A stretch of DNA of 64,000 bases, from assembly GCA_964626025.1 (NCBI GenBank), contig CAZVFL010000002.1, positions 15,439 through 79,438 of the forward strand, read 5' to 3'. This document shows positions 45,461 to 55,099 of the stretch, piece after piece (the first letter of the stretch is position 1; every line of letters starts with the position of its first letter). This DNA is from an uncultured Thalassospiraceae bacterium. Its GTDB lineage: Bacteria > Pseudomonadota > Alphaproteobacteria > Rhodospirillales > Casp-alpha2. The notes beneath the pieces are model-generated. The model searched no databases. It worked only from the letters and a program-made list of their open reading frames with translations, and was not told the origin of the DNA. The translations under genes and the position numbers were made by a program.

Positions 45461-45718
45461 CCGCGCCTCTTGGTTATTGTCCCGGTCGGACCTTCGGTCC
45501 TCCGCGCCTCCTGGTTATTGTCCCGGTCGGACCTTCGGTCCTCCGCGCCTCCTGGTTATTGTCCCGGTCGGACCTTCGGTCCTCCGCGCCTCTTGTTTTG
45601 TCCCGGTCGGACCTTCGGTCCTCCGCGCCTCTTGGTTATTGTTCCGGTCGGACCTTCGGCCCTCCGCGCCTCTTGGTTATTGTCCCGGTCGGACCTTCGG
45701 TCCTCCGCGCCTCTTGGT
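45461..45718 (+). repeat. tandem array of 6.3 copies of a 41-bp unit, no spacers
   Basis: Unit is CCGCGCCTCTTGGTTATTGTCCCGGTCGGACCTTCGGTCCT. Units start at 45461, 45502, 45543, 45584 (39-bp variant), 45623 and 45664, with a partial unit at 45705-45718. Confidence 0.95.
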
Positions 45719-45832
45719 CAAAATGCTAACGGATGTTGAAGTTTCACCGGTAATCGGGGTTGTTTTGTTTTGAATCAAGTGCTTATTGCGTTTCGACCAG
45801 GAGGCAAGGCTCTTGCGTTTGCACGCCGGGGA

Positions 45833-45848
45833 TAATGTTATAACATTA
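45833..45848. promoter_or_regulatory. 16-bp perfect palindrome, probable operator of the toxin-antitoxin operon
   Basis: TAATGTTATAACATTA lies 29 nt upstream of the antitoxin GTG and overlaps -10-like GATAAT/TATAAC. Confidence 0.5.
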
Positions 45849-45876
45849 AGTATAACTACTTGTTCAGGAGAATCCA

Positions 45877-46104
45877 GTGTCCAACACCTTGACGGTCCGC
45901 AAGATCGGAAATTCCCACGGCGTGATTCTGCCCAAGGCCGAACTCGAGCGGCTTGGCGTCGGCGAGGGGGATAAATTATTCGTTGTTCGCACCACAGACG
46001 GCATCCGCCTGACGCCTTATGATTCTGATTTCGCCAAGGTTATGGAAGCCTCTCGCGATTTCATGCGACGACACCGCGATACGATGCGTGAACTGGCGAA
46101 GTGA
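45877..46104 (+). CDS. AbrB/MazE/SpoVT-fold type II antitoxin
   Basis: LTVRKIGNSHGVILPKAELERLGVGEGDKLFV; GGAG upstream of the GTG. Confidence 0.85.
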   Translation: MSNTLTVRKIGNSHGVILPKAELERLGVGEGDKLFVVRTTDGIRLTPYDSDFAKVMEASRDFMRRHRDTMRELAK

Positions 46105-46505
46105 CGGCCAAGCCCCCCACTGAACCCAAGTGGCTCACGGTGGAGATGGTGTTGGCGTTCCATGCCGAACAGTTGGCGCTGTATGGCGGTGGAGAGGGGC
46201 TCAGGGACCCGGGTCTTCTCGAAAGCGGACTGGCCAGGGCGGCCAACCGCCATCACTATGACCCGGCCTCGACGGTGTTTGAATTGGCCGCCGCCTATGG
46301 CATCGGCATCGTCAAGAACCATCCCTTTATCGACGGCAACAAGCGCACCGGATTGCTTTCCATGCATGCTTTCCTATTCCTGAACGGCTGGGATTTTAAT
46401 TCCGACCAAGCCGAGGAAGTCCAAATGATCATGAAACTCGCCGCCGGGGAGTTGGAAGAAGAAGACTTGGCGCGCTGGGTCGGGGAAAACAGCCGCAAGG
46501 CCTGA
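46101..46505 (+). CDS. doc: Doc (death-on-curing) family Fic-domain toxin
   Basis: HPFIDGNKRTG Fic/Doc motif; start overlaps the antitoxin stop (GTGA). Confidence 0.9.
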   Translation: MTAKPPTEPKWLTVEMVLAFHAEQLALYGGGEGLRDPGLLESGLARAANRHHYDPASTVFELAAAYGIGIVKNHPFIDGNKRTGLLSMHAFLFLNGWDFNSDQAEEVQMIMKLAAGELEEEDLARWVGENSRKA

Positions 46506-47180
46506 TTACACCCCAACCATACCCCCAAGCGCCTTATAGACGTCCCCGGGCCCGGCATTTCTTGCGACTTGAGCCACCGGCACGCCGGGCAGAAATCGCG
46601 CCAGGGTTTCCACCGTGTCGGCAACCGGCATGGGGCTTTCCAAGGACTCATCCACCACCACGCCGGCGATCCGGATGCCACGCCCCTGCATGGCGGTTAC
46701 CGTTGAAAGCGTATGGCTGAGGGTGCCCAGGTACGAACCGACGATAACAAGTGCAGTTGCACTTATATCCGCCATCCAGTCCAAAACCGTGTGGGTTTCG
46801 TCCAATGGCACCATGGCGCCGCCGATGCCTTCGATCAGGAGCACGTCTTCGGGCCCGGCCATGGCGTCCAGGCAGAACCCGGTGAGCGCATTGAAGTCGA
46901 TTTCCCGGCCCTCGCGCCGGGCCGCCCAGTCCGGCGACAAGGGTTCCAGGAACCGCCACGGCGAGCACGCCTCGATGGCGTCTTTCGTCGGCTCGGCGCC
47001 GAGGCTGCGGATCAGGACGGCGGTGTCCGTCTCCTCCAACGCTTGGTGGTCAAAGCCGCTGATGACGGGCTTGAGGGCGCGCACCGAAACGCCTTTGTCC
47101 TTGAGCGCGGTAGCGAGGGCGGCAGTGACGTAGGTCTTGCCGGTGCCGGTGCCGGAAGCGGTAACGAAAAAAGTTTTCAC
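46506..47180 (-). CDS. bioD: dethiobiotin synthase
   Basis: (V)KTFFVTASGTGTGKTYV P-loop; GTG start overlaps the bioF stop. Confidence 0.9.
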   Translation of the reverse strand: MKTFFVTASGTGTGKTYVTAALATALKDKGVSVRALKPVISGFDHQALEETDTAVLIRSLGAEPTKDAIEACSPWRFLEPLSPDWAARREGREIDFNALTGFCLDAMAGPEDVLLIEGIGGAMVPLDETHTVLDWMADISATALVIVGSYLGTLSHTLSTVTAMQGRGIRIAGVVVDESLESPMPVADTVETLARFLPGVPVAQVARNAGPGDVYKALGGMVGV

Positions 47181-48340
47181 GCTTTTCCGTCGAGGATACG
47201 GGTCTTGATAATCTCCGCCAGCCTTTGCACGTCCTCGTCCTGGTGGGCGGCGGTGAAGGTGACGCGCAGCCGGGCCGTGCCTTCGGCTACCGTCGGCGGG
47301 CGGATCGGCACCACCAGATAACCCTCGTCCTCCAGCAGTTTCGCCGCTTGAAGCGTGGGCTCCGCCTCGCCGATGACGATGGGGACGATGGGGCTTTCGG
47401 CTTCGGCCAAGCCCAGCGCTTCGGTGAAGGCGCGGGCTTTCTTGAGCGGCAGCGCCGCGAAATCGGGATCGCCCTCGATCAGGTCCAAGGCCGCGATCGC
47501 CGCCGCCACCACGCCCGGCGGCAGGCCGGTGGAATAGATGAACGTCCGGCACCGGGTGCGGACCAGGTCTATGACCGACTTACCGGCGCACAGATAGCCC
47601 CCGTAGCCGCCGATGGCCTTCGACAACGTCCCCATCTGCAACGGCACCCTTCCGCCGCCGCCGTTGGCGTAGGCGGACCCCCGGCCGCCGCCGAGGACGC
47701 CAACGCCATGGGCGTCGTCGGTCATCAGCCAGCCGTCGTGCTCGTCCGCCGCGTCCGCCAACGCACCCAGGGGCGCCAGGTCGCCGTCCATGGAAAACAC
47801 CCCGTCGGTGACGATCAACGCCCGCGGGTGGTTCGCCCGGTGTCGGCCCAGGATTTCGCGGAGATGGCCGACATCGTTGTGGCGAAATATGTGTATATGC
47901 GCCTTTGTCAGCCCGGCGCCGGCGTAAATGCAGGCGTGCGATAGCTCGTCCACGCAGATCATGTCGTCGGCGCCCGCCAGCGCCGGGATGATGCCCGTAT
48001 TGGCGAGATAGCCCGAGCCGAAGACGCAGGCGGCCTCGGCGCCCTTCAACTTGGCGAGCTTTTCCTCCAGCGTCGCGAACAGCGGGTGGTTGCCGGTGAC
48101 CAGCCGGGAGGCGCCCGCGCCGACGCCCCATTTTTCGGTCGCCTCCATGGCCGCCTTCTTTATCTTTTGGTGCTGGCTGAGGTTCAGGTAATCGTTGCAT
48201 GAAAACGAGATCAGGCGCCGGCCCCCGCGCATGACCTCGATGGGACCGACGCGTTCGGTCACCACCAGGGTGCGCAGAAGGTTCCGCTGATCGAGGGCGG
48301 CCAGCTTTTGGGAGGCGAACTGGTCGAGGGATCGGGACAA
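47177..48340 (-). CDS. bioF: 8-amino-7-oxononanoate synthase
   Basis: Class II aminotransferase pattern, GTLSKA PLP-lysine motif; operon context bioB-A-F-D. Confidence 0.9.
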   Translation of the reverse strand: MSRSLDQFASQKLAALDQRNLLRTLVVTERVGPIEVMRGGRRLISFSCNDYLNLSQHQKIKKAAMEATEKWGVGAGASRLVTGNHPLFATLEEKLAKLKGAEAACVFGSGYLANTGIIPALAGADDMICVDELSHACIYAGAGLTKAHIHIFRHNDVGHLREILGRHRANHPRALIVTDGVFSMDGDLAPLGALADAADEHDGWLMTDDAHGVGVLGGGRGSAYANGGGGRVPLQMGTLSKAIGGYGGYLCAGKSVIDLVRTRCRTFIYSTGLPPGVVAAAIAALDLIEGDPDFAALPLKKARAFTEALGLAEAESPIVPIVIGEAEPTLQAAKLLEDEGYLVVPIRPPTVAEGTARLRVTFTAAHQDEDVQRLAEIIKTRILDGKA

Positions 48341-48343
48341 TTT

Positions 48344-49645
48344 TCAAGCCTCCCCGACCACGTTGACGACGGCGTCCGTTAGCCGTGTTAAGTCGTCTTC
48401 AGCGATGGTGAACGCCGGCATCAGATAGACGATATTGCCGAACGGGCGGACCCAGCAGCCTTCCTCGACGAACCGCGCCCTGAGCCCGTTCATGTCCCTG
48501 ATTTCCGCAAGCTCGACGACACCAATAGCCCCCTTGACGCGGACGTCCTTGACGTCCCCCCAGCGGCCTTTCATTCCCCGGCAGGGTTCCAGCGCCCGGG
48601 CAAGGTGTTTCTCTATGGCCGCCACCTGTTCCAGCCGGGGCTCCGTTTCGAACAAATCCAAAGAAGCGTTGGCGGCGGCCGAGGCCAGTGCGTTGCCGGT
48701 GAACGTGGGCCCGTGCATCAGCGCCTTGTCGAGCTCGTCCGAGAGGAACCCCTCGAAAACCTGCCGGCTGGCGATGGTCGCGGCCAACGGCATGGTGCCG
48801 CCGGTCAGCGATTTCGACAGGGTCATGATGTCCGGCGCGAGTTCGGCCTGTTCAGAGGCGAACATGGTGCCCAGCCGGCCCAAGCCGGTCATGATCTCGT
48901 CCAATATCAGCAAAAGCCCGTGGGCGTCGCAGGTTTCGCGGACGGCCTTCAGGGTTTCCGTGGAATGGAAGATCATGCCGCCGGCGCCCTGGACCAGGGG
49001 CTCCAAGATCACGGCGGCGCTTGTGTCGGCGTGTTTGGCGACGAAGGCCTCGAAATGCCGGCGTGATTCGTCGTCCCGGGGAAGGGCGACCCTGGGCTGG
49101 CCCCCCATCAGGCCCGAAAACCGGCCGTGGATGCCGTCGTCGGGGTCGCCGACGGCCATGGTGGCGATGGTGTCGCCGTGGTACGCGCCCTTGAAACAGA
49201 TGAATTTGGTGCGCTCCCCGTTTCCCTGGTTGAGCCAGTACTGGACCGCCATCTTCATGGCGATCTCGACCGAGACGGAGCCCGATTCGGAAAAGAAGAC
49301 ACGCTCCAGCCGACCGGGGGCCATCGCCGCCAACCGTTCCGCCAGGGTGAAGGCGGGCTCGTTGGCAAGCCCGGCGAGCATGACGTGGGGCATTTGTTCC
49401 AATTGGCGGGAAACCGCGTCGCGGATGTGCGGGTGGTTGTAGCCGTGGCACGCCGACCACCAGGACGCCACGCCGTCAATCAGTTGCCGGCCGTCGGCCA
49501 AGATGATGCGGGTGCCTTCGGTGGCGGTGACGGCCTCGGGCGCGGGCGCCGTCTGCATCTGGGCATACGGCATCCAAATATGGCGGTAGCCTTCGTCAAG
49601 CCACGGCGCCAAGGATTCGGGTTTGGGTTCGGGCCGGGCGGTCAT
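48344..49645 (-). CDS. bioA: adenosylmethionine-8-amino-7-oxononanoate aminotransferase
   Basis: Class III aminotransferase ([17 protein letters not shown]); operon context. Confidence 0.9.
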   Translation of the reverse strand: MTARPEPKPESLAPWLDEGYRHIWMPYAQMQTAPAPEAVTATEGTRIILADGRQLIDGVASWWSACHGYNHPHIRDAVSRQLEQMPHVMLAGLANEPAFTLAERLAAMAPGRLERVFFSESGSVSVEIAMKMAVQYWLNQGNGERTKFICFKGAYHGDTIATMAVGDPDDGIHGRFSGLMGGQPRVALPRDDESRRHFEAFVAKHADTSAAVILEPLVQGAGGMIFHSTETLKAVRETCDAHGLLLILDEIMTGLGRLGTMFASEQAELAPDIMTLSKSLTGGTMPLAATIASRQVFEGFLSDELDKALMHGPTFTGNALASAAANASLDLFETEPRLEQVAAIEKHLARALEPCRGMKGRWGDVKDVRVKGAIGVVELAEIRDMNGLRARFVEEGCWVRPFGNIVYLMPAFTIAEDDLTRLTDAVVNVVGEA

Positions 49646-50613
49646 TGCGGCCGGCGGGCGGGTTCTAGCCCCAGGCGCTCAAACAGCCGGGCATCGGCGT
49701 CCATCTCCGGGTTGGGGGTGGTCAGCAGTTTTTCGCCGACGAAGATGGACCCGGCGCCGGCCAGGAAACACAGCGCCTGCATCTCGTCGGTCATCTGCTC
49801 GCGGCCCGCCGACAGCCGGATCACCGAGGCCGGCATCATGGTCTTCGCCGCTGCGATGGTGCGCACGAATTCGATCCCGTCCAAATCACCGACACCGGCC
49901 AGCGGCGTGCCCTCGACCCGGACCAGCATGTTGATGGGCACGCTTTCCGGGTGCGGTTTCAGGTTGGCGAGGGCACACAGCATCCCGGCCCGGTCAGCCT
50001 GGCTTTCGCCCATGCCGACGATGCCGCCCGAGCAGACCTTGACCCCGGCCCGGCGCACGTTTTTTAGGGTTTCCAGCCTGTCCTGGTAGGTCCGGGTGGT
50101 GATGATTTGGCCGTAGAATTCCTCGGACGTGTCCAGGTTGTGATTGTAGTAATCGAGCCCGGCATTTTTGAGCCTTTTCGCCTGGGCTTCGGTTAGCATA
50201 CCGAGCGTCGCGCAGCTTTCCAGGCCGAGCGCGCCGACGCCCTCGATCATGGCGCAGATGTTGTCCAGGTCGGAATCCTTGGGTTCCCGCCAGGCGGCGC
50301 CCAGGCAGTACCGCGTGGCGCCGGCGTCCCGGGCCTGTTCGGCCTCGGCCAGCACGTCGGCCACGGCCATGATCTTTTCGGCCTTGACGCCGGTGTCGTA
50401 GCGGGCCGATTGCGGGCAATAGGCGCAGTCTTCGGGGCAGCCGCCGGTCTTGACCGACAAAAGACGCGACATTTGCACCCGGTTGGCGTCGAAATAACGG
50501 CGGTGAAGGGCTTGCGCTTCCATGATCAGGTCGTTGAAAGGCAACCGGAACAAGGCCTCGGCTTGATCATGGGTCCAATCGTGGCGGAGGGCGGTTTCAG
50601 TGTTTGACGGCAT
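49642..50613 (-). CDS. bioB: biotin synthase
   Basis: Radical-SAM [11 protein letters not shown] motif; YNHNLDTS. Confidence 0.95.
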   Translation of the reverse strand: MPSNTETALRHDWTHDQAEALFRLPFNDLIMEAQALHRRYFDANRVQMSRLLSVKTGGCPEDCAYCPQSARYDTGVKAEKIMAVADVLAEAEQARDAGATRYCLGAAWREPKDSDLDNICAMIEGVGALGLESCATLGMLTEAQAKRLKNAGLDYYNHNLDTSEEFYGQIITTRTYQDRLETLKNVRRAGVKVCSGGIVGMGESQADRAGMLCALANLKPHPESVPINMLVRVEGTPLAGVGDLDGIEFVRTIAAAKTMMPASVIRLSAGREQMTDEMQALCFLAGAGSIFVGEKLLTTPNPEMDADARLFERLGLEPARRPQ

Positions 50614-50793
50614 CGGGGGCGGACCGGAACATTGCGGAAATCACGATTTGAAGTCTAGGGTAGGGCGCGTATGGTAACAAGGCTTCGCCCTCCCACTGTG
50701 TCCTTGACTGTGGGGGGGGCGTGGCCTAAAAAATCGCGTCTCCGGGGCCGCATGGGGTGGCCCTGGTCTTTGTTCCGGAAAAGGCCTAAGCCA

Positions 50794-51087
50794 ATGTCCA
50801 GACGGTGCCAGCTTACGGGCCGCGGCGTGCAGAGCGGAAACAACGTCAGCCACGCCCATAATAAGACCCGCCGCCGGTTTCTGCCGAACCTCCAGAAGGC
50901 CTCGCTTTTCAGCGAAGCCTTGGGAAAGTCGGTGCGCCTGAAGCTTTCGGCCTATGCGATCCGGACGGTGGAACGAAAGGGCGGCCTGGACGCCTTCCTG
51001 ATGAATGCCCGGACCGCCGATCTGGCGCCGGAAATCCAGCGGCTGAAAAAGCGGATCAAAAAGGCCCGGGATAAGGCCGCGGCCTGA
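50794..51087 (+). CDS. rpmB: 50S ribosomal protein L28
   Basis: MSRRCQLTGRGVQSGNNVSHAHNKTRRRFLPNLQ; internal ATG of ORF 50671..51087. Confidence 0.9.
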   Translation: MSRRCQLTGRGVQSGNNVSHAHNKTRRRFLPNLQKASLFSEALGKSVRLKLSAYAIRTVERKGGLDAFLMNARTADLAPEIQRLKKRIKKARDKAAA

Positions 51088-51126
51088 AAATTCAGAAATT
51101 TCAAGGATCTCGGGCCCGCCTGGCGG

Positions 51127-52140
51127 TCATCGGCCCATCAATTCGAACATCAGCAAAAGGGTCCTTTGCTCGGCGTTGAAATTGTCGTCCGAGACAAGAT
51201 AGACCAGAACCTCGCCCCGTGGGCCCCGGCGGGCATCGACGCCCTCGAAGTTGTCGACGCTGAGGGGCGGACGGATTTCGGCCAGGGTGGCGCCCTTGAG
51301 CCGGGCGCCGGGCTTTATGGAGTCCCGGTGAAGCCGCTTCACGACGACGTGGTTGTTGCCGCGGGGCGAGAAATATCCCTCAAGCACCAGCACGTCGCCG
51401 CCCGGCAGGGTCGCCGCGCCGGTGACCCGGTAGCGGTCCTCCGGGGCGTAGGTCAGGACGGACCAGCCGTTGACGTCGCTGATCCAGCCCACGGTTTCCT
51501 TCAGGCCCTTCTGTCCTTCGCTGAGCGCCAGCAGGCGCCCGTCGGCCAGCAGGGTCAGGGCCTCGATACCCTTGTTGAAGGGCATCGCCGGCAGCTCCGC
51601 CGGTCCCGGCAGCGGCTCAGGCACCGTTACCCCCGGCAGGTACCTCAAAAGCCGGTGGCGTCTCTCGAAGGCGACGATGATTTCGCCCTCGACGCCGGGG
51701 CTCATGGATTCCGCGTCGCCGTCGGCCATTGACAACAGGGGAAACCCGTCCAGCCCGGCCAGCGAGTCCAGTTCCGTTTGGCTGAGCCCGGCCAGGTTCC
51801 CGTCCTCGTCGTAGACCAGGCGCGCCGAAAACCGCTGTCCCCGGTCGGAAAGGGCGATCATGCGCTGCCCATCGGAACTGATGCCGAGGGCCGACAGCCC
51901 GCCGAAGTTCGCATCGGGGACCTGAAGATGAAGCCCGCCTCGATAGCGAAGGCGCCCGACCGTTCGTTGGGCCGGATCATCCGGATTGAGCGGCACCGGC
52001 GTGGCGTTTACGGTGATGGTCTTGGCCGAGGCAAGGCCCGGCATGACGGCGGCCACAAAGACGGCCCCCAGGAAAGCCAGGAGGCAAGCCAAGAGGCTGA
52101 TCTCCGCAAAACCCGGGAAATGAATGCGAAAACTCATCAT
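51127..52140 (-). CDS. secreted esterase-like-activity-of-phytase family protein
   Basis: Signal peptide; FGGLSALGISSDG and the repeat architecture are typical of the family. Confidence 0.65.
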   Translation of the reverse strand: MMSFRIHFPGFAEISLLACLLAFLGAVFVAAVMPGLASAKTITVNATPVPLNPDDPAQRTVGRLRYRGGLHLQVPDANFGGLSALGISSDGQRMIALSDRGQRFSARLVYDEDGNLAGLSQTELDSLAGLDGFPLLSMADGDAESMSPGVEGEIIVAFERRHRLLRYLPGVTVPEPLPGPAELPAMPFNKGIEALTLLADGRLLALSEGQKGLKETVGWISDVNGWSVLTYAPEDRYRVTGAATLPGGDVLVLEGYFSPRGNNHVVVKRLHRDSIKPGARLKGATLAEIRPPLSVDNFEGVDARRGPRGEVLVYLVSDDNFNAEQRTLLLMFELMGR

Positions 52141-52167
52141 CCGATTATTTCCAACACCGGCCCTGGG

Positions 52168-52998
52168 CTACCCGGTGCCGCCGATGATCATCCGCCATAG
52201 CGTACGCGGCTGGCCCTCGTAGCCGCCGGTGGCCGAATGCATGGTGGCCCGGTTGTCGCAGGCGACGATCTGCCCCGGTTGCCATTTATGACGATATTGG
52301 AATTCCGGCTTGGTGGCGTGGTCGAACAACTCATCCAGAAGGGCCTGGCTTTCGTTCTCGTCCAGGCCGGCGATGCCGACCGTAAAACCGGGGTTGACGT
52401 ATAAGGTCTTCCTGCCGGTTTCGCGGTGGATGCGGACCATGGGGTGGGCGACATCCGGGTGGCTGTTTTGCTGGTCTTCGCTGAGATCAACCACCGCGGC
52501 GCCACCCTTGTAGCCGTAGCGATGAACGGCATTGAGACCCTCGATCCTTTTTTTGGTTTCATCGGGCAGGGTTTCGTAGGCCTTGACCATGTTGATAAAC
52601 AGCGTATCGCCGCCTTTCGGGGGCACATTTACGGAATAAAGCATGGTCGCGTCGGAGGGATTGACGTCATAGGACAAGTCAGAATGCCAAAAAGCGCCCG
52701 CCGTCATATCCGTGGTCCGGCCGGCGCCGGTTTTTTCATCGGTCGAAACAATGGAAACCTCGGAGGTGTCGGGGTGGTGGTATTGCTCAAGGATATGCGG
52801 AACCAGTTTCCCGAAACGGCGTCCAAACCCCACCAACGCCGGCAAATCGGCCTCAATGCCGGAGACAACGAAGACCAGATGATCCAACAACGCTTGCCGG
52901 ACAACGGCAAGGTCGGCGGGGGCCAGGGGGACCGAAAGATCGATTCCCGATATTTCCGCGCCCAAGGGCCCGTCAAGCGGCGAGACGGTGATGGCCAT
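52168..52998 (-). CDS. TauD/TfdA family Fe(II)/2-oxoglutarate dioxygenase
   Basis: GAEISGIDLS...WHSDLSY...DTLF...ATGGY pattern. Confidence 0.85.
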   Translation of the reverse strand: MAITVSPLDGPLGAEISGIDLSVPLAPADLAVVRQALLDHLVFVVSGIEADLPALVGFGRRFGKLVPHILEQYHHPDTSEVSIVSTDEKTGAGRTTDMTAGAFWHSDLSYDVNPSDATMLYSVNVPPKGGDTLFINMVKAYETLPDETKKRIEGLNAVHRYGYKGGAAVVDLSEDQQNSHPDVAHPMVRIHRETGRKTLYVNPGFTVGIAGLDENESQALLDELFDHATKPEFQYRHKWQPGQIVACDNRATMHSATGGYEGQPRTLWRMIIGGTG

Positions 52999-53252
52999 GG
53001 GTCTTGAATCCTGAAAAATTCATGTCTAGTCCCTAAATTTTATAAGATGATATTTTTGTAAATTTTGTCTCTCAAAAAAGTGTATTTACACTATATATAG
53101 GCATTAGAAACTTAGTAAACTGAATTAAATCAATAAGATAATGTAATTTATTTGAAAGGCTATGGTGCTAAAAATTGAAGATTATGATAAAAAAAAGAGT
53201 GTGACTACAAATGAATTATGCGTGCCCGGAGTATATGCGGGCTATATAAAGG

Positions 53253-55088
53253 TCAGGCGCGCCGCTTTTTCAGCGTCGGCCCGTCCTCGTCGAAAAGTTC
53301 CGTCAGGTTCCGCATCATGGTGCCGCCCAGTTCCTCGGCGTCGATCAACGTCACGGCGCGCCGGTAATAGCGGGTGACGTCGTGGCCGATGCCGATGGCG
53401 GTTAATTCCACCTCTGAACGGGTTTCGATCCAGTGAATGGCCTCGCGCAGGTGTCTCTCGAGGTAATTGCCGGGATTGGCGCTGAGGGTGGCGTCATCAA
53501 CGGGCGCGCCGTCGGAAATCACCATCAGGATGCGACGCTGTTCGGTCCGGCCGAGCAGCCGGTGATGGGCCCAAAGAAGCGCTTCGCCGTCGATGTTCTC
53601 TTTCAACAGGCCCTCGCGCAGCATCAGGCCGAGGTTCTTGCGCGCCCGCCGCCAGGGTGTGTCGGCGCTTTTATAGACGATATGGCGTAAATCGTTAAGC
53701 CTTCCCGGGTTCTTGGGCTTGCCGTCGTTGACCCATTTTTCCCTGGCCGTGCCGCCTTTCCAGGACCGCGTGGTGAAACCCAGGATTTCGACCTTGACGC
53801 CGCAGCGTTCAAGCGTGCGGGCTAGAATGTCGGCGCTCATGGCCGCCACGCTAATCGGCCGGCCCCGCATGGAGCCCGAATTGTCGATCAACAAACTGAC
53901 CACGGTGTCGCGGAATTCCATATCCCGTTCTCGCTTGAAGCTGAGCGGGTGAGTGGGGTTGGCGACAATGCGGGCCAGCCTGCCGGAATCCAGCAACCCT
54001 TCTTCCAGGTCGAATTCCCATGACCGGGTCTGCTTGGCCATCAGGCGCCGCTGCAGGCGGTTGGCAAGCCTGGAAACTACGCCCTGCAGGTGGGAAAGTT
54101 GCTGGTCGAGCTGATGACGGAGCCTGGCCAGTTCGTCGGGTTCGCAAAGGGTCTCGGCCTCGATGATTTCATCGAATTGGGTGGTAAAGGCCCGGTAAAG
54201 GGCCTCGCCGGGAAAGTCGTTTTTCATCCATTGTTGGTCCCATTGGGACGGTCCGGCCGGTTCTTCATCGCCTTCACCGGCCATGAACTGTTCGCCGTCG
54301 CTGTCCGAATACTCACCGTCATCGGTCAATTCGCCTTCGCCCCGCTGCCCCGCCAACGCGCCATCGGCCTCCATTTCCCGTTCGCTGCCGTCTTGTTCGT
54401 CCTGGTCGGAGTCTTCCGTGTCCTCGTCCTGGTCGTCCGGGGCCGGAGGCTCTGCTTCATCGTCGATCAGGTCGAGGGCCTGGATCACCGCCGTCACCTG
54501 GACGGCAAAGGCTTCCTGGTCATTGGCGGATTCCCCAAGCTTGCGCATTTTTTGGCCTATACGCTTATCCAGCCACTGTCGCCAGACGTCGACCATGCGC
54601 TTAGCCGAATGAGGCGGGGCCTCGCCGGTCAATTGTTCGCGCGCCAAAAGCCCCAGGACATCGGCAAGATTCACCTCCTTGCGTTCGGTGACGCCGGCAA
54701 AACCCTTGGCCCGGCAACGTTCATCCAAGAGCGCGCCTAAATTTTCCGCGACCCCGGCCATGCGCCGGGCGCCAAGCGATTCGCAACGCACCTGTTCGAT
54801 GGCCTCGAAAACGGCACGCGCCTCGGCGCCCCGGGGAAGGTGCTTCGAGTGCACGGCATCGTCGTGGTAGCGGAGCCTAAGCGCCAGCGCGTCGGAGACG
54901 CCACGCAGCTTCGTCATCGCCGCCTTGTTCACCTGCGGCGCCGGCGCCGGCAGATGGGCGGTTTCCTCGCCAAGCGAGGCGCCGCCATGGCCGAATTGAA
55001 CGTTAAGCCCGTCGCGCCCGGACAATGCCTTCAAGGCGGCGGCGGTGACCCGTTTTACCAGATCGGGAATGGGTTCTGTCGGCGTCAA
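53253..55088 (-). CDS. cobT: cobaltochelatase subunit CobT
   Basis: Acidic central region and C-terminal vWA domain ([11 protein letters not shown]); downstream of cobS. Confidence 0.88.
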   Translation of the reverse strand: MTPTEPIPDLVKRVTAAALKALSGRDGLNVQFGHGGASLGEETAHLPAPAPQVNKAAMTKLRGVSDALALRLRYHDDAVHSKHLPRGAEARAVFEAIEQVRCESLGARRMAGVAENLGALLDERCRAKGFAGVTERKEVNLADVLGLLAREQLTGEAPPHSAKRMVDVWRQWLDKRIGQKMRKLGESANDQEAFAVQVTAVIQALDLIDDEAEPPAPDDQDEDTEDSDQDEQDGSEREMEADGALAGQRGEGELTDDGEYSDSDGEQFMAGEGDEEPAGPSQWDQQWMKNDFPGEALYRAFTTQFDEIIEAETLCEPDELARLRHQLDQQLSHLQGVVSRLANRLQRRLMAKQTRSWEFDLEEGLLDSGRLARIVANPTHPLSFKRERDMEFRDTVVSLLIDNSGSMRGRPISVAAMSADILARTLERCGVKVEILGFTTRSWKGGTAREKWVNDGKPKNPGRLNDLRHIVYKSADTPWRRARKNLGLMLREGLLKENIDGEALLWAHHRLLGRTEQRRILMVISDGAPVDDATLSANPGNYLERHLREAIHWIETRSEVELTAIGIGHDVTRYYRRAVTLIDAEELGGTMMRNLTELFDEDGPTLKKRRA

Positions 55089-55099
55089 GGGAACTTTCC

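Noticed and set aside
45461-45718. CRISPR array
   Set aside because: The repeats are directly adjacent with no unique spacers, and no cas genes are nearby. It is a tandem repeat.
45409-45773. Three overlapping ~100-aa ORFs in all forward frames (45409, 45443, 45477)
   Set aside because: They exist only because the 41-bp unit lacks stop codons in every frame. The translations are periodic low-complexity artefacts (PGRTFGPPRLL...).
46506-47552. Long N-terminal extensions of ORFs (bioD 46506-47552; also aroB 60937-62475, CBS 59031-59906, 34534-35382, LOG 40338-41846, RmlC-like 21943-22689, rpmB 50671-51087)
   Set aside because: The extensions overlap the upstream gene or are low-complexity. 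Internal starts give canonical N-termini and, in several cases, stop/start overlaps typical of operons.
50614-50793. Biotin operator (BioR- or BirA-type) upstream of bioB
   Set aside because: I looked for TTATMKATAA-like or BirA-type inverted repeats in the bioB-rpmB intergenic region and found none. No claim is made.
53162-53377. 71-aa ORF starting in the AT-rich block
   Set aside because: Its second half runs antisense through the cobT 3' end, and no RBS or recognisable family is present.
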